Made by a program: the position numbers and the translations under genes
Shown: piece by piece, positions 24,293 to 32,000 of the stretch
Layout: each line of letters opens with the position of its first letter
Position numbering within the stretch: position 1 is the stretch's first letter
NCBI GenBank assembly: GCA_024720975.1
Contig: JANJXX010000007.1
Location: 3,816 to 35,815 of the forward strand
Direction: 5' to 3'
Length of the DNA stretch: 32,000 nucleotides
From: Thermoproteota archaeon
Lineage (GTDB): Archaea > Asgardarchaeota > Njordarchaeia > Njordarchaeales > Panguiarchaeaceae
The notes under the pieces: generated by a model
Seen by the model: the letters and a program-made list of their open reading frames with translations, nothing else
Told to the model about the DNA's origin: nothing
Databases searched by the model: none

Positions 24293-25045
24293 ATGGATAT
24301 TGATTTGTTGCATTTTAATAGTGAGATTATATCACTCAATCCGCCACAAGTAAGGTTGTGGATACACCGTACTAAGAAGTTCTTACTGGAGGTAGCAAAA
24401 TCTTTTAATATTCCGACGTCTATATTATACGATGCCATCAATGACTCAGTGCAGATGGTTCTAAATTTCATCCCCAGGAAGATCGATTTGGGTGCCTCGC
24501 TGTATGATCTAGCCCTAGCAGCTTTTTGGGATAGATTAACGAGCTACGGTATCATGGAGATTTCTATCCACAAGCTAATAAAAATAGCAAAAATTAAGCT
24601 AAAACATAAAGTGACTCATGGAAAGGTTCTCAGAGTATTAGCCTTCTTGAAGGAATCCCGCAATGATATCATGAATTTTAATGAGAGAGTCCAATTCTAT
24701 GTGAAGCAGATAGTAAATAGATACTTTGAGCAACGGAATCTTAAGTTGGAGTCACAAGGGATAAATACAGCAAAAGTGAGGGATAACTTGATTTCAATAG
24801 TACTTAGAATTCTTGATAGATTATTCGAAGTAGGAGAAGTAGAGGGTTCTCCAAAAGTTTTGGCTGGAGCTATACTATATCTAACAAGCAGGCTCTGCCG
24901 CAAAGTTATGCCCATAACTATGTCATCAAGCGTTATTGAGAGTCTCACAGGAATAAATAGATTCACGATTCTGAGGCGTTATAAACAGATCCTTAGCGTA
25001 TTAGCGAAGGGTATTTTCATAAACGAAGTATGTTCCTTAGAATAG
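24293..25045 (+). CDS. TFB/TFIIB-core-like (cyclin-fold) protein lacking the N-terminal zinc ribbon
   Basis: The C-terminal repeat GSPKVLAGAILYLTSRLCRKVMPITMSSSVIESLTGINRFTILRRYKQIL parallels the TFIIB repeat pattern (G.sP..vaaAaiYiA...tq.eia...gv.e.TiRnrYkel). There is no Cys in the first 60 aa. Confidence 0.55.
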   Translation: MDIDLLHFNSEIISLNPPQVRLWIHRTKKFLLEVAKSFNIPTSILYDAINDSVQMVLNFIPRKIDLGASLYDLALAAFWDRLTSYGIMEISIHKLIKIAKIKLKHKVTHGKVLRVLAFLKESRNDIMNFNERVQFYVKQIVNRYFEQRNLKLESQGINTAKVRDNLISIVLRILDRLFEVGEVEGSPKVLAGAILYLTSRLCRKVMPITMSSSVIESLTGINRFTILRRYKQILSVLAKGIFINEVCSLE

Positions 25046-25060
25046 TAAAGCCAGGCTAAG

Positions 25061-26629
25061 ATGCCAGAAAACATAAACTCGTATGAGTATAACTTTCTCT
25101 TCTCTCGTTATAGGATCGAGGGAAATAAGTACACGTGTACATTCGACGATAGCTATTACAAAAAATTCAGCTTGATTTATACTCCATTACTTGGTAAATT
25201 AACCGACGACAGATGCAGGTTATTACTGAATGAAGATACCGTAATAAGAGCTCTCAGGTCATTTATTACTCGGTACAAGGAACACTTTACTAAAGGACTA
25301 CCAATAGAACCTGCGGAGGCTGAAGAATATGTAGCTCTTCACGTAATTCTTAAGCTTCTCGGCGTTGAGGAACTTTTTCATATGCTCCTTGATCCATATG
25401 TAAATGAAATTTACATAGATGGAGCGTTCAAAGCAATATACTTAGATCACGCTGTTTTAGGGCGTCTCAAGTCAGAAATAATATTATCAAAGGAGCAAAT
25501 AAAGAATTTTTTACTGTATGTTAAACTAAGATCCAATCTAGTTTTAGACTTCTCAGTCAATCCGGTCAGATTTGACATCAGCTTCTTTAAACAAAGATTG
25601 AGAATAAGCGTCATGCCTCAAAAAGTAGAGGATGATCTTGCAGTAAATATTAGAAAGCTTATTGCTGTTCCTCCATATATTTCCTTCATTCATGACGCCG
25701 TCTCTCGATATTACATTGCTTTGCTATCGACCTTACTAATTATGAGACCTAACATTGTTATTTTCGGCGAAACAGGTTCGGGAAAAACAACACTTGCTAG
25801 CCTATTGATCCATGTAGCTCCCAGGTATTGGAGGATAGCACTAATAGAGGACATATCAGAAATACAACCCCAAATATTACAAAATAAGCATGCTATAAGA
25901 GTGAAAGCTCTCTCTTTAGAAGAAAAAGCTTCAGGAGTTGATGGGTTGAGAAAAGACATTGCCATACTTGAGATGTTACACAGAACGCCTGATCTGTGTT
26001 TTATAAGTGAAGTGCATGATAAAGACGATACTAAAGCAATGTTTCATGCAATGGCATCAGGTTTAAGGACCATTGCTACTACACATGCAAGGAGCATAGA
26101 GAGCCTCCTCGAGCGATGGTTTTCAATTTATAGGTTTCCGCAATCCTGGTTTCAATTAATTGATTTGATCGTACATTTAAGGCGTGTACTGCGCGAAGAT
26201 AGAATCACTAGGCTAATAGACGCTATATATATACCATATAACAATTCTGGCTTAGGCAATGTAGCTGAATCGGTCCTAGAGAAAATGCAAAGCATAGTTG
26301 ATTTTTCTCCACTGAGAATTAAAAACTTGCACATCATAAGGATAAGATTCACTCAAGTAAAAGATGCAATTGAGTGTCATGCGGATTTCGTGAGATTTAT
26401 AGCCAATATTTTAAGGACAAAATCTCATGATTTAGAACTGTCCATAGATATGAACTTAGATAAGATACTGCCGCAAACTTTCAAAGAAGTAGCTACTAAA
26501 TTAAACAACTTTGCAGAATTTTTAAGGCCAATCGCTATGGGTAGTTCAGATTTTCTCATGCAGGAAACTATTCAAGTTATTCAGCAGTGGATAGAGGAGA
26601 TAACTAGAATTCTCGAAGTTTGTAACTAA
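25061..26629 (+). CDS. Type II/IV secretion-system ATPase family protein (FlaI/VirB11/GspE-like)
   Basis: It has LLDPYVNEIYIDGAFKAIYLDH, Walker A FGETGSGKTTL, IALIEDISEI, LHRTPDLCFISEV and the His-box-like IATTHARS. Confidence 0.75.
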   Translation: MPENINSYEYNFLFSRYRIEGNKYTCTFDDSYYKKFSLIYTPLLGKLTDDRCRLLLNEDTVIRALRSFITRYKEHFTKGLPIEPAEAEEYVALHVILKLLGVEELFHMLLDPYVNEIYIDGAFKAIYLDHAVLGRLKSEIILSKEQIKNFLLYVKLRSNLVLDFSVNPVRFDISFFKQRLRISVMPQKVEDDLAVNIRKLIAVPPYISFIHDAVSRYYIALLSTLLIMRPNIVIFGETGSGKTTLASLLIHVAPRYWRIALIEDISEIQPQILQNKHAIRVKALSLEEKASGVDGLRKDIAILEMLHRTPDLCFISEVHDKDDTKAMFHAMASGLRTIATTHARSIESLLERWFSIYRFPQSWFQLIDLIVHLRRVLREDRITRLIDAIYIPYNNSGLGNVAESVLEKMQSIVDFSPLRIKNLHIIRIRFTQVKDAIECHADFVRFIANILRTKSHDLELSIDMNLDKILPQTFKEVATKLNNFAEFLRPIAMGSSDFLMQETIQVIQQWIEEITRILEVCN

Positions 26630-26661
26630 CACTCACTGTGCGTCAATATGACGAATTTGTG

Positions 26662-26671
26662 TATTTAAAAA
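26662..26671 (+). promoter_or_regulatory. TATA-like box upstream of EF-1alpha
   Basis: TATTTAAAAA lies about 50 nt upstream of the GTG start. GGGTGA at 26709-26714 looks like a Shine-Dalgarno element. Confidence 0.45.
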
Positions 26672-26720
26672 GTATTATTCTGTAATGTTATCTAGTCGGT
26701 AAGCAAATGGGTGACTGAAA

Positions 26721-28037
26721 GTGTCAAGAGCGCAAAAGAAGCCACACATAAATCTAGTGGTAATAGGTCATGTCGACCACGGAAAATCAACAATGATGGG
26801 TCACTTTCTATATCTGATGGGAGTTGTTGATGAAAGAGTGATTGAAAAATATCGCAAGGAAGCCGCGGAATTAGGCAGAGAATCCTGGGCATACGCATGG
26901 ATCCTTGATACGCTAAAGGAAGAACGTGAGAGAGGTTTAACAATAGATCCAACATATACAAAATTCGAAACAGATAAATATTACTTCACGCTAATTGACT
27001 GTCCTGGTCATAGAGACTTCATCAAGAATATGATATCCGGTACATCTCAAGCGGACGCTGCAATACTTGTAGTTTCTGCAAAGCCTAATGAATTTGAAGC
27101 GGGATTTAGCAGAGGTGGACAAACTCGCGAGCATGCCATTCTCGCGAGGATTCTGGGTATAAGGAACATGATAGTATGCGTGAACAAGATGGATGCCGTA
27201 GATTACAAGAAAGAGGCTTATGATTACATCAAGAGCGAGCTTAGTAAATTCCTTAAGCAGATAGGATTTAACGTAGATAAAATCCCATTCGTTCCAGTAA
27301 GTGGTCTAAAAGGTGATAATCTAACTGTGCGATCCAACAACATGCCTTGGTATACCGGTCCGTCGTTAAAAGAAGCCCTGGACATATATGTTGAACCACC
27401 GCCTCAACCCATTGATAAACCTTTACGAATACCTATAGGAAAAGTCGTCAAGATTACCGGAGTAGGCACAGTTGCAACAGGGAGAGTTGCCACGGGAGTC
27501 TTAAAGCCCGGAGATAAAATAGTGATTAATCCGCCCGAGATAAAGACAATAGCATCCTCAATCGAAATGCATCATGAAAAACTAGAGGCGGCTTATCCAG
27601 GCGACAACATTGGCATCAATCTAAAGGGTGTTGCTGTTACAGATATAAAGAGAGGTGACGTCATAGGACACGAAACAAATCCACCTACAGTAGTAGGACC
27701 AGGAATCGCTAGGGCCCTAGCTAGGATCTCCATTGTGTGGCATCCAACATCGATAGCTGCTGGTTATACTCCAGTCCTCCATGCTCACACCCTGCAAATG
27801 GCTGTAAGATTTGTTAAGCTCAAAGCAAAATATGACGCCAGCGGCGCGAAAATAGAAGACGACCCCGCCTTCATAAAGAGTGGCGACACAGCAGATGTTA
27901 TCATAGAGCCAATAAAGAAATGTGTTCTGGAGAAAGCAGCTGATATCCCGCAATTAGGACGCTTTGCTATTAGAGATATGGGTCAGCTAGTAGCCGTGGG
28001 CGTAATCCAGAGCATCCTTCCTCCCGATGCTGAATAG
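26721..28037 (+). CDS. tuf: Translation elongation factor EF-1alpha (aEF1A)
   Basis: It has KPHINLVVIGHVDHGKST, LKEERERGLTID, DCPGHRDF, NEFEAGFSRGGQTREH and NKMD. It uses a GTG start. Confidence 0.92.
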   Translation: MSRAQKKPHINLVVIGHVDHGKSTMMGHFLYLMGVVDERVIEKYRKEAAELGRESWAYAWILDTLKEERERGLTIDPTYTKFETDKYYFTLIDCPGHRDFIKNMISGTSQADAAILVVSAKPNEFEAGFSRGGQTREHAILARILGIRNMIVCVNKMDAVDYKKEAYDYIKSELSKFLKQIGFNVDKIPFVPVSGLKGDNLTVRSNNMPWYTGPSLKEALDIYVEPPPQPIDKPLRIPIGKVVKITGVGTVATGRVATGVLKPGDKIVINPPEIKTIASSIEMHHEKLEAAYPGDNIGINLKGVAVTDIKRGDVIGHETNPPTVVGPGIARALARISIVWHPTSIAAGYTPVLHAHTLQMAVRFVKLKAKYDASGAKIEDDPAFIKSGDTADVIIEPIKKCVLEKAADIPQLGRFAIRDMGQLVAVGVIQSILPPDAE

Positions 28038-28222
28038 AGCACCGGAAATTTCACCTAATAATTAGATCGTACCTAATGAATAATAGATAGTCCTGCCCAC
28101 AATTACTATTTTTGGTTCTGTTTATTGGCTCATCACTGTATTTCTAATTAGCATCCGTAACTAGCTCGCCCCAATTGGGACCTACTAACTTCATAAATTT
28201 CTCAAATTATAGTTATTGGGTG

Positions 28223-29566
28223 ATGCAAATGTTAGTTCTGAATCCATCTTTTATTGTCACAATGGATAGGGAGTGCCGAATAATAAAGGATGGATTCATT
28301 GGAATAGAGGAGGGTAAGATCGTATATGTATCTAAAGAGAAACCTCAAGAATACGAAGAAATCATAAGACTTCCTAAAAGAGTTCTTCTTCCTGGATTTA
28401 TAAATACTCACACACACGTGGCAATGACAATTCTAAGAGGTCTTAAGGATGATGTTAATCTTCAAAGATGGTTAATGGAGTATATACTACCCGTAGAGAA
28501 ACTTCTCAAACCTAAGGACGTATACTATGGTGCTCTTTATGGAATAGCAGAAATGATAAAGAGCGGAACGACAACATTTATGGATATGTACTATCATGAG
28601 ATTGAAGTAGCTAAAGCTGCCGCGGATGCAAAAATACGTAGTGTTCTGACATATGGATTAGCAGATGTATTCTTTAATACACTTCCAGAGGAGGAATTTA
28701 AGAAAGCCGAAAAATTCAAGGATGACTTATCAGCACTAGTGTCCTCTAGGGGACTAGATGATTTTCTATTCTTCGCCTACGGGCCGCACTCACCCTATGG
28801 GTGTACAAAAGAATTGCTTCAAATCGTAAGGGAAGCAGCAGATAGGGATAATTTCAGAATTCATATTCACTTGTCTGAGACCAAATCAGAAGTCGAGAAT
28901 TCCGTTAGAACCTCGAATATGACTCCAATTGAATATCTTGAATCAGTAGGATTTCTCAAAAGTGATGTAATGGCAGCTCATGTCGTTTGGCCGACGGATG
29001 GGGATATAGAAATACTCAAACATAGAGGGGTTCATGTACTTCACAATCCAACTTCAAACCTTAAACTAGCCTCTGGGGTTGCTCCTGTCCCCAAGTTTCT
29101 TGAGAAGGGAATAAATGTAGCACTAGCTACAGATGGACCGGCATCTAACAATAGACTTGACATGTGGAAGGAAATTTCTTTAGCAGCTCTGATTCATAAG
29201 GGTATATCCAGGGACCCGGAGGTAATCTCGGCAAGAACTGCATTGCAAATGGCAACAATAAATGGTGCATATGCATTAGGATTAGAGAGGAAAATAGGCT
29301 CCTTAGAAGTGGGAAAGTATGCTGACTTTGTAGTAGTTAACTTAGAACGAGCCTTGGAAAGCGTGCCATTCCATGATGTATATTCAATGATAGTCTACGC
29401 ATTAGACTCGCGATATATAGATTCAGTTTGGATAAACGGTGAGTTAATGTACTCTCAAGAGAATGTCCTAAAAACAATAGATGTTCAGAAGTTGCGTGAA
29501 ATCGTAAACGATATACGCATTAGACTGACTCAGGAGGCAGGTATAAAAACCCCAAGCGAAGTCTAA
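28223..29566 (+). CDS. Amidohydrolase-superfamily deaminase (MTA/SAH deaminase MtaD-like)
   Basis: It has LPGFINTHTHVAMT (the HxH metal motif), IHIHLSET and ALATDGPASNN. The start is probably the ATG at 28223 or 28229, not the track start at 28175. Confidence 0.8.
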   Translation: MQMLVLNPSFIVTMDRECRIIKDGFIGIEEGKIVYVSKEKPQEYEEIIRLPKRVLLPGFINTHTHVAMTILRGLKDDVNLQRWLMEYILPVEKLLKPKDVYYGALYGIAEMIKSGTTTFMDMYYHEIEVAKAAADAKIRSVLTYGLADVFFNTLPEEEFKKAEKFKDDLSALVSSRGLDDFLFFAYGPHSPYGCTKELLQIVREAADRDNFRIHIHLSETKSEVENSVRTSNMTPIEYLESVGFLKSDVMAAHVVWPTDGDIEILKHRGVHVLHNPTSNLKLASGVAPVPKFLEKGINVALATDGPASNNRLDMWKEISLAALIHKGISRDPEVISARTALQMATINGAYALGLERKIGSLEVGKYADFVVVNLERALESVPFHDVYSMIVYALDSRYIDSVWINGELMYSQENVLKTIDVQKLREIVNDIRIRLTQEAGIKTPSEV

Positions 29567-29573
29567 TTTCGCT

Positions 29574-30689
29574 CTAGACGTTTTCGAGCCATTGTTGGTA
29601 GCTGCGTTTAAGATCTTCCCATGATTCTTTATTAATATACCCTTTTTCGAAGTTCCATTTCTGGAGTCTATACAGCGGGCGTAGAATTTCTGGATCTTTT
29701 TCCAATAATCTCCTCACGGGTTCAAGTTTTTGTATTAGTAGTTCAGCAATGGCATTTTTAAGATCCAGTGGGTGAATCTTACCTTCAAGAAAATCCTTCC
29801 CAAGTGCATCTAAGCTTCTGTACTCGACTGGCCCGCCATATTTTTCTGGTCTATCTATTCTCAAGCATTCGTTGTATGGGAATATTATGTAGGCAAGAAT
29901 CGAGAATATAGGATTTTCATCAGGATTAGATGTTGTTGGTGGGCAGTAGGCTTTTTGGAGTTTTTTATTTATCGTTTCTGGCTTGTCGTGAACAGCGATA
30001 TGGGTCTCGGGTTTTGAGGATGACATTTTCTCACCGGCTTTTAGACCTAGAACCATCGGCAGATGTATGCAAATTGTCTTCTTTACTTTTTGCCTTAGTA
30101 TCGAGGAAACCTCACCATGCAAAATGTCGCGTGCAAGCGCATGAATTTTTCGTTGATCTGTTCCTCCGATGGCCAAATTAACCTCTAGATGCACTATGTC
30201 TAGCACTTGCATAATTGGGTATAAAGATGCTGCTACGGAGATAGACTCAGTATGGCGTAGGATCATCTTTACTGCTCTTATAGCTCGGTGAACCGTGACA
30301 AAGCGAGCCAGTGTGAATAAGTCGTATATGTAATCTTGCGATCCCTGAAACTCAGAACCTAGGATGTATTCAGAATTCACACCCAGAGCTCTTAGTACAG
30401 GTATCCAGTAGTTTACAGAAACGTCTTGGAGTAGTTCTAGAGGCCCCTTATCATTTAAATATGCATGATAGTCTGCTAAAAGAACTTTAGCTTTCCCAAT
30501 TTTAGATATTTCTATAATCTTTAGAATCGTTGGGAAGTATCCTATATGGATAGGTCCACTCGGTTCGTAACCGCAATATGCTATGATCTTCTCTTTTTCC
30601 TGTAACAATCTCTCAAGATCTTCCATTGTTAATACAAACTCCTCAAGCGGCTTTGCTACGTTATTTAGTATTATAGATTTTGCATCCAT
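29574..30689 (-). CDS. tyrS: Tyrosyl-tRNA synthetase
   Basis: It has YCGYEPSGPIHIGY (HIGH-like), LLADYHAYLNDKG, and GEKMSSSKP (KMSKS-like), which is typical of archaeal TyrRS. Confidence 0.88.
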   Translation of the reverse strand: MDAKSIILNNVAKPLEEFVLTMEDLERLLQEKEKIIAYCGYEPSGPIHIGYFPTILKIIEISKIGKAKVLLADYHAYLNDKGPLELLQDVSVNYWIPVLRALGVNSEYILGSEFQGSQDYIYDLFTLARFVTVHRAIRAVKMILRHTESISVAASLYPIMQVLDIVHLEVNLAIGGTDQRKIHALARDILHGEVSSILRQKVKKTICIHLPMVLGLKAGEKMSSSKPETHIAVHDKPETINKKLQKAYCPPTTSNPDENPIFSILAYIIFPYNECLRIDRPEKYGGPVEYRSLDALGKDFLEGKIHPLDLKNAIAELLIQKLEPVRRLLEKDPEILRPLYRLQKWNFEKGYINKESWEDLKRSYQQWLENV

Positions 30690-30708
30690 GTGCTTTTCAC
30701 CAGAATTC

Positions 30709-31386
30709 CTATAAGATGTATAAAAACATTATGAAAACCGCAGTGGCAGTCAATACAGCTGAAATGCTAGTTACTTTTCTCAGTAAATGAGTATACGAGT
30801 ATCCATATCCAGACAAGAATGCTGTTATTATCAAGAAGGGTGCATATGAGTACGCCGGCAGTGGATTTAGAGGGCTAGATACTCCGGCTGCTAATGTGAG
30901 GAGTAAACTAAACAGATGTCCAAAGCCAATAAATATCATCGTATATCCAAGTATACTAAATGTGGTTCCGAAGGTTCCTCTTCCACCAATAATCAAAATG
31001 GTAATGTGAAATAGAATGGCTACCGAGATCCAAATAACACTTTGAAGAACTAGTGACATTAAGAAGATAGTTAGCATTACTCCTATAGACAAACTACTTG
31101 CCTTTAGATGAATCATATAGATTACCAGGTTTTTAAGGAATAAAGCCGCAGAGCATAGGGCAAGTACTAATAGTGGTCCTAGCGAATCAGGTGCTGCCGC
31201 GATGTGTTTCACCGCTATGATAGGATGCCTAAGCAGGTAATGAATTCTGTTTAATCTATCCTTAACAGTCAGAGTTGCTAATAGCTTCTCCCGGACAATA
31301 AATCGAAAGTCTAATCCGCAATAGGGACAGAATAAGTAGGTAACAGGGACGTCATTTTTACATCTTGGGCATCTTACATAATCCAC
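30709..31386 (-). CDS. Zinc-ribbon plus multi-TM (Yip1-like) membrane protein
   Basis: An N-terminal CPRCKN...CPYCG motif is followed by about 5 hydrophobic helices. Confidence 0.55.
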   Translation of the reverse strand: MDYVRCPRCKNDVPVTYLFCPYCGLDFRFIVREKLLATLTVKDRLNRIHYLLRHPIIAVKHIAAAPDSLGPLLVLALCSAALFLKNLVIYMIHLKASSLSIGVMLTIFLMSLVLQSVIWISVAILFHITILIIGGRGTFGTTFSILGYTMIFIGFGHLFSLLLTLAAGVSSPLNPLPAYSYAPFLIITAFLSGYGYSYTHLLRKVTSISAVLTATAVFIMFLYIL

Positions 31387-31399
31387 TTAAATAACCTCC

Positions 31400-32000
31400 T
31401 TACGTGAGCTCATATGATTCGGTTCCTCCAATAACTTGCACTGCTTGTTTTCGCATAGTTCTCTCAAACTCAGTGTAATAATTGATCAACTCCGGCGTTA
31501 TGGAGGGTCTACTCCTCGCCAGGGCAATCTCAAAATCGCTCTTTGTTACTTTCGTCACTTCTAGGTTTGAACGCCTCAGTGCCGTCATAGCAGCTTCTCT
31601 ACAGAGAGCTTCAATGTCAGCTCCTGAGAATCCCTTTGTTTTTTTGGCGAGCTCAACTAGATCGACGTCATCCGCTAAGGGCATTCCCCTAGTATGTACC
31701 TTAAATATATCTAGTCTTGCATTAAAATCTGGAGGTGGCACGTAAAGCAAGCGATCAATGCGTCCGGGTCTAAGGAGAGCGGGGTCAAGTAGATCAGGTC
31801 TGTTCGTCGCCGCTATTATAAAAACCTCTCTACGACCAATTAATCCATCCATTTCTGTTAGAAGCTGTGCAATAACGCGTTCCGTCGCTCCGGAGTCTCC
31901 AGTATATAGACCCCGGCGGGGTGCTATTGAATCGATTTCATCGAAGAATATTACTGCCGGTGCTACCTGCCTAGCCTTTGTGAATACTTCTCTGATTCTT
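31400..32000 (-). CDS. cdc48: CDC48/VCP-type AAA+ ATPase, C-terminal part (continues beyond window)
   Basis: The frame is open to the window edge. It reads ...VAPAVIFFDEIDSIAP (Walker B) ...IIAATNRPDLLDPALLRPGRIDR...GFSGADIEALCREA. Confidence 0.9.
   Translation of the reverse strand, partial: RIREVFTKARQVAPAVIFFDEIDSIAPRRGLYTGDSGATERVIAQLLTEMDGLIGRREVFIIAATNRPDLLDPALLRPGRIDRLLYVPPPDFNARLDIFKVHTRGMPLADDVDLVELAKKTKGFSGADIEALCREAAMTALRRSNLEVTKVTKSDFEIALARSRPSITPELINYYTEFERTMRKQAVQVIGGTESYELT

Noticed and set aside
24211-24471. 86-aa minus-strand ORF overlapping the start of the TFB-like gene
   Set aside because: It overlaps the better-supported plus-strand gene by about 180 nt. It has no recognisable motif and no upstream signal.
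26793-26817. ATGATGG, 14 nt, then CTGA inside the EF-1alpha gene
   Set aside because: It falls in the highly conserved G1-region coding sequence. The spacing is off and there is no second box pair.
1-32000. CRISPR arrays, IS elements and transposases
   Set aside because: I saw no regularly spaced direct repeats of 24-40 nt, no terminal inverted repeats flanking an ORF, and no transposase- or integrase-like translations in the ORF track.

Overview
This is an AT-rich archaeal chromosomal segment. The gene content looks TACK/crenarchaeote-like: eukaryote-type ribosomal proteins, BHB-type tRNA introns and C/D box sRNAs. The structural RNAs are much more GC-rich than the coding DNA, which hints at a thermophile. 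Most of the window is translation and RNA-modification housekeeping. It holds L15e, S19e, L44e, L39e, L31e, L30e, NusA-like, EF-1alpha, CysRS, TyrRS, Cbf5, Taw3, Trm5/Taw2, aDim2 and MtnA/MtaD-like enzymes. It also holds an XPD helicase, a DHH phosphoesterase, a sugar nucleotidyltransferase, a radical-SAM activase and a partial CDC48. I found five tRNAs by eye: Glu-CUC, Val-UAC with a canonical intron, Ser-GCU with a canonical intron, Lys-CUU with a D-arm intron, and Gly-CCC. I also found three C/D box sRNAs that the ORF track does not show, and a 51-aa L39e gene below the ORF cutoff. The main finding is at 22498-22663: a 5S rRNA gene that appears circularly permuted. The 3' two-thirds come first, a 6-nt hairpin linker joins the normal termini, and the 5' third follows. 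Complementary leader and trailer sequences flank it and fold into bulge-helix-bulge geometry. The predicted cleavage and ligation would rebuild the conserved loop C sequence exactly and give a 129-nt circle. Secondary points of interest are a longin/roadblock-like small GTPase fusion, an orphan TaqI-like target-recognition-domain protein, and a zinc-ribbon-less TFB-like protein paired with a FlaI/VirB11-type ATPase. All functional calls come from reading the translations and RNA folds by eye. No database search was run.
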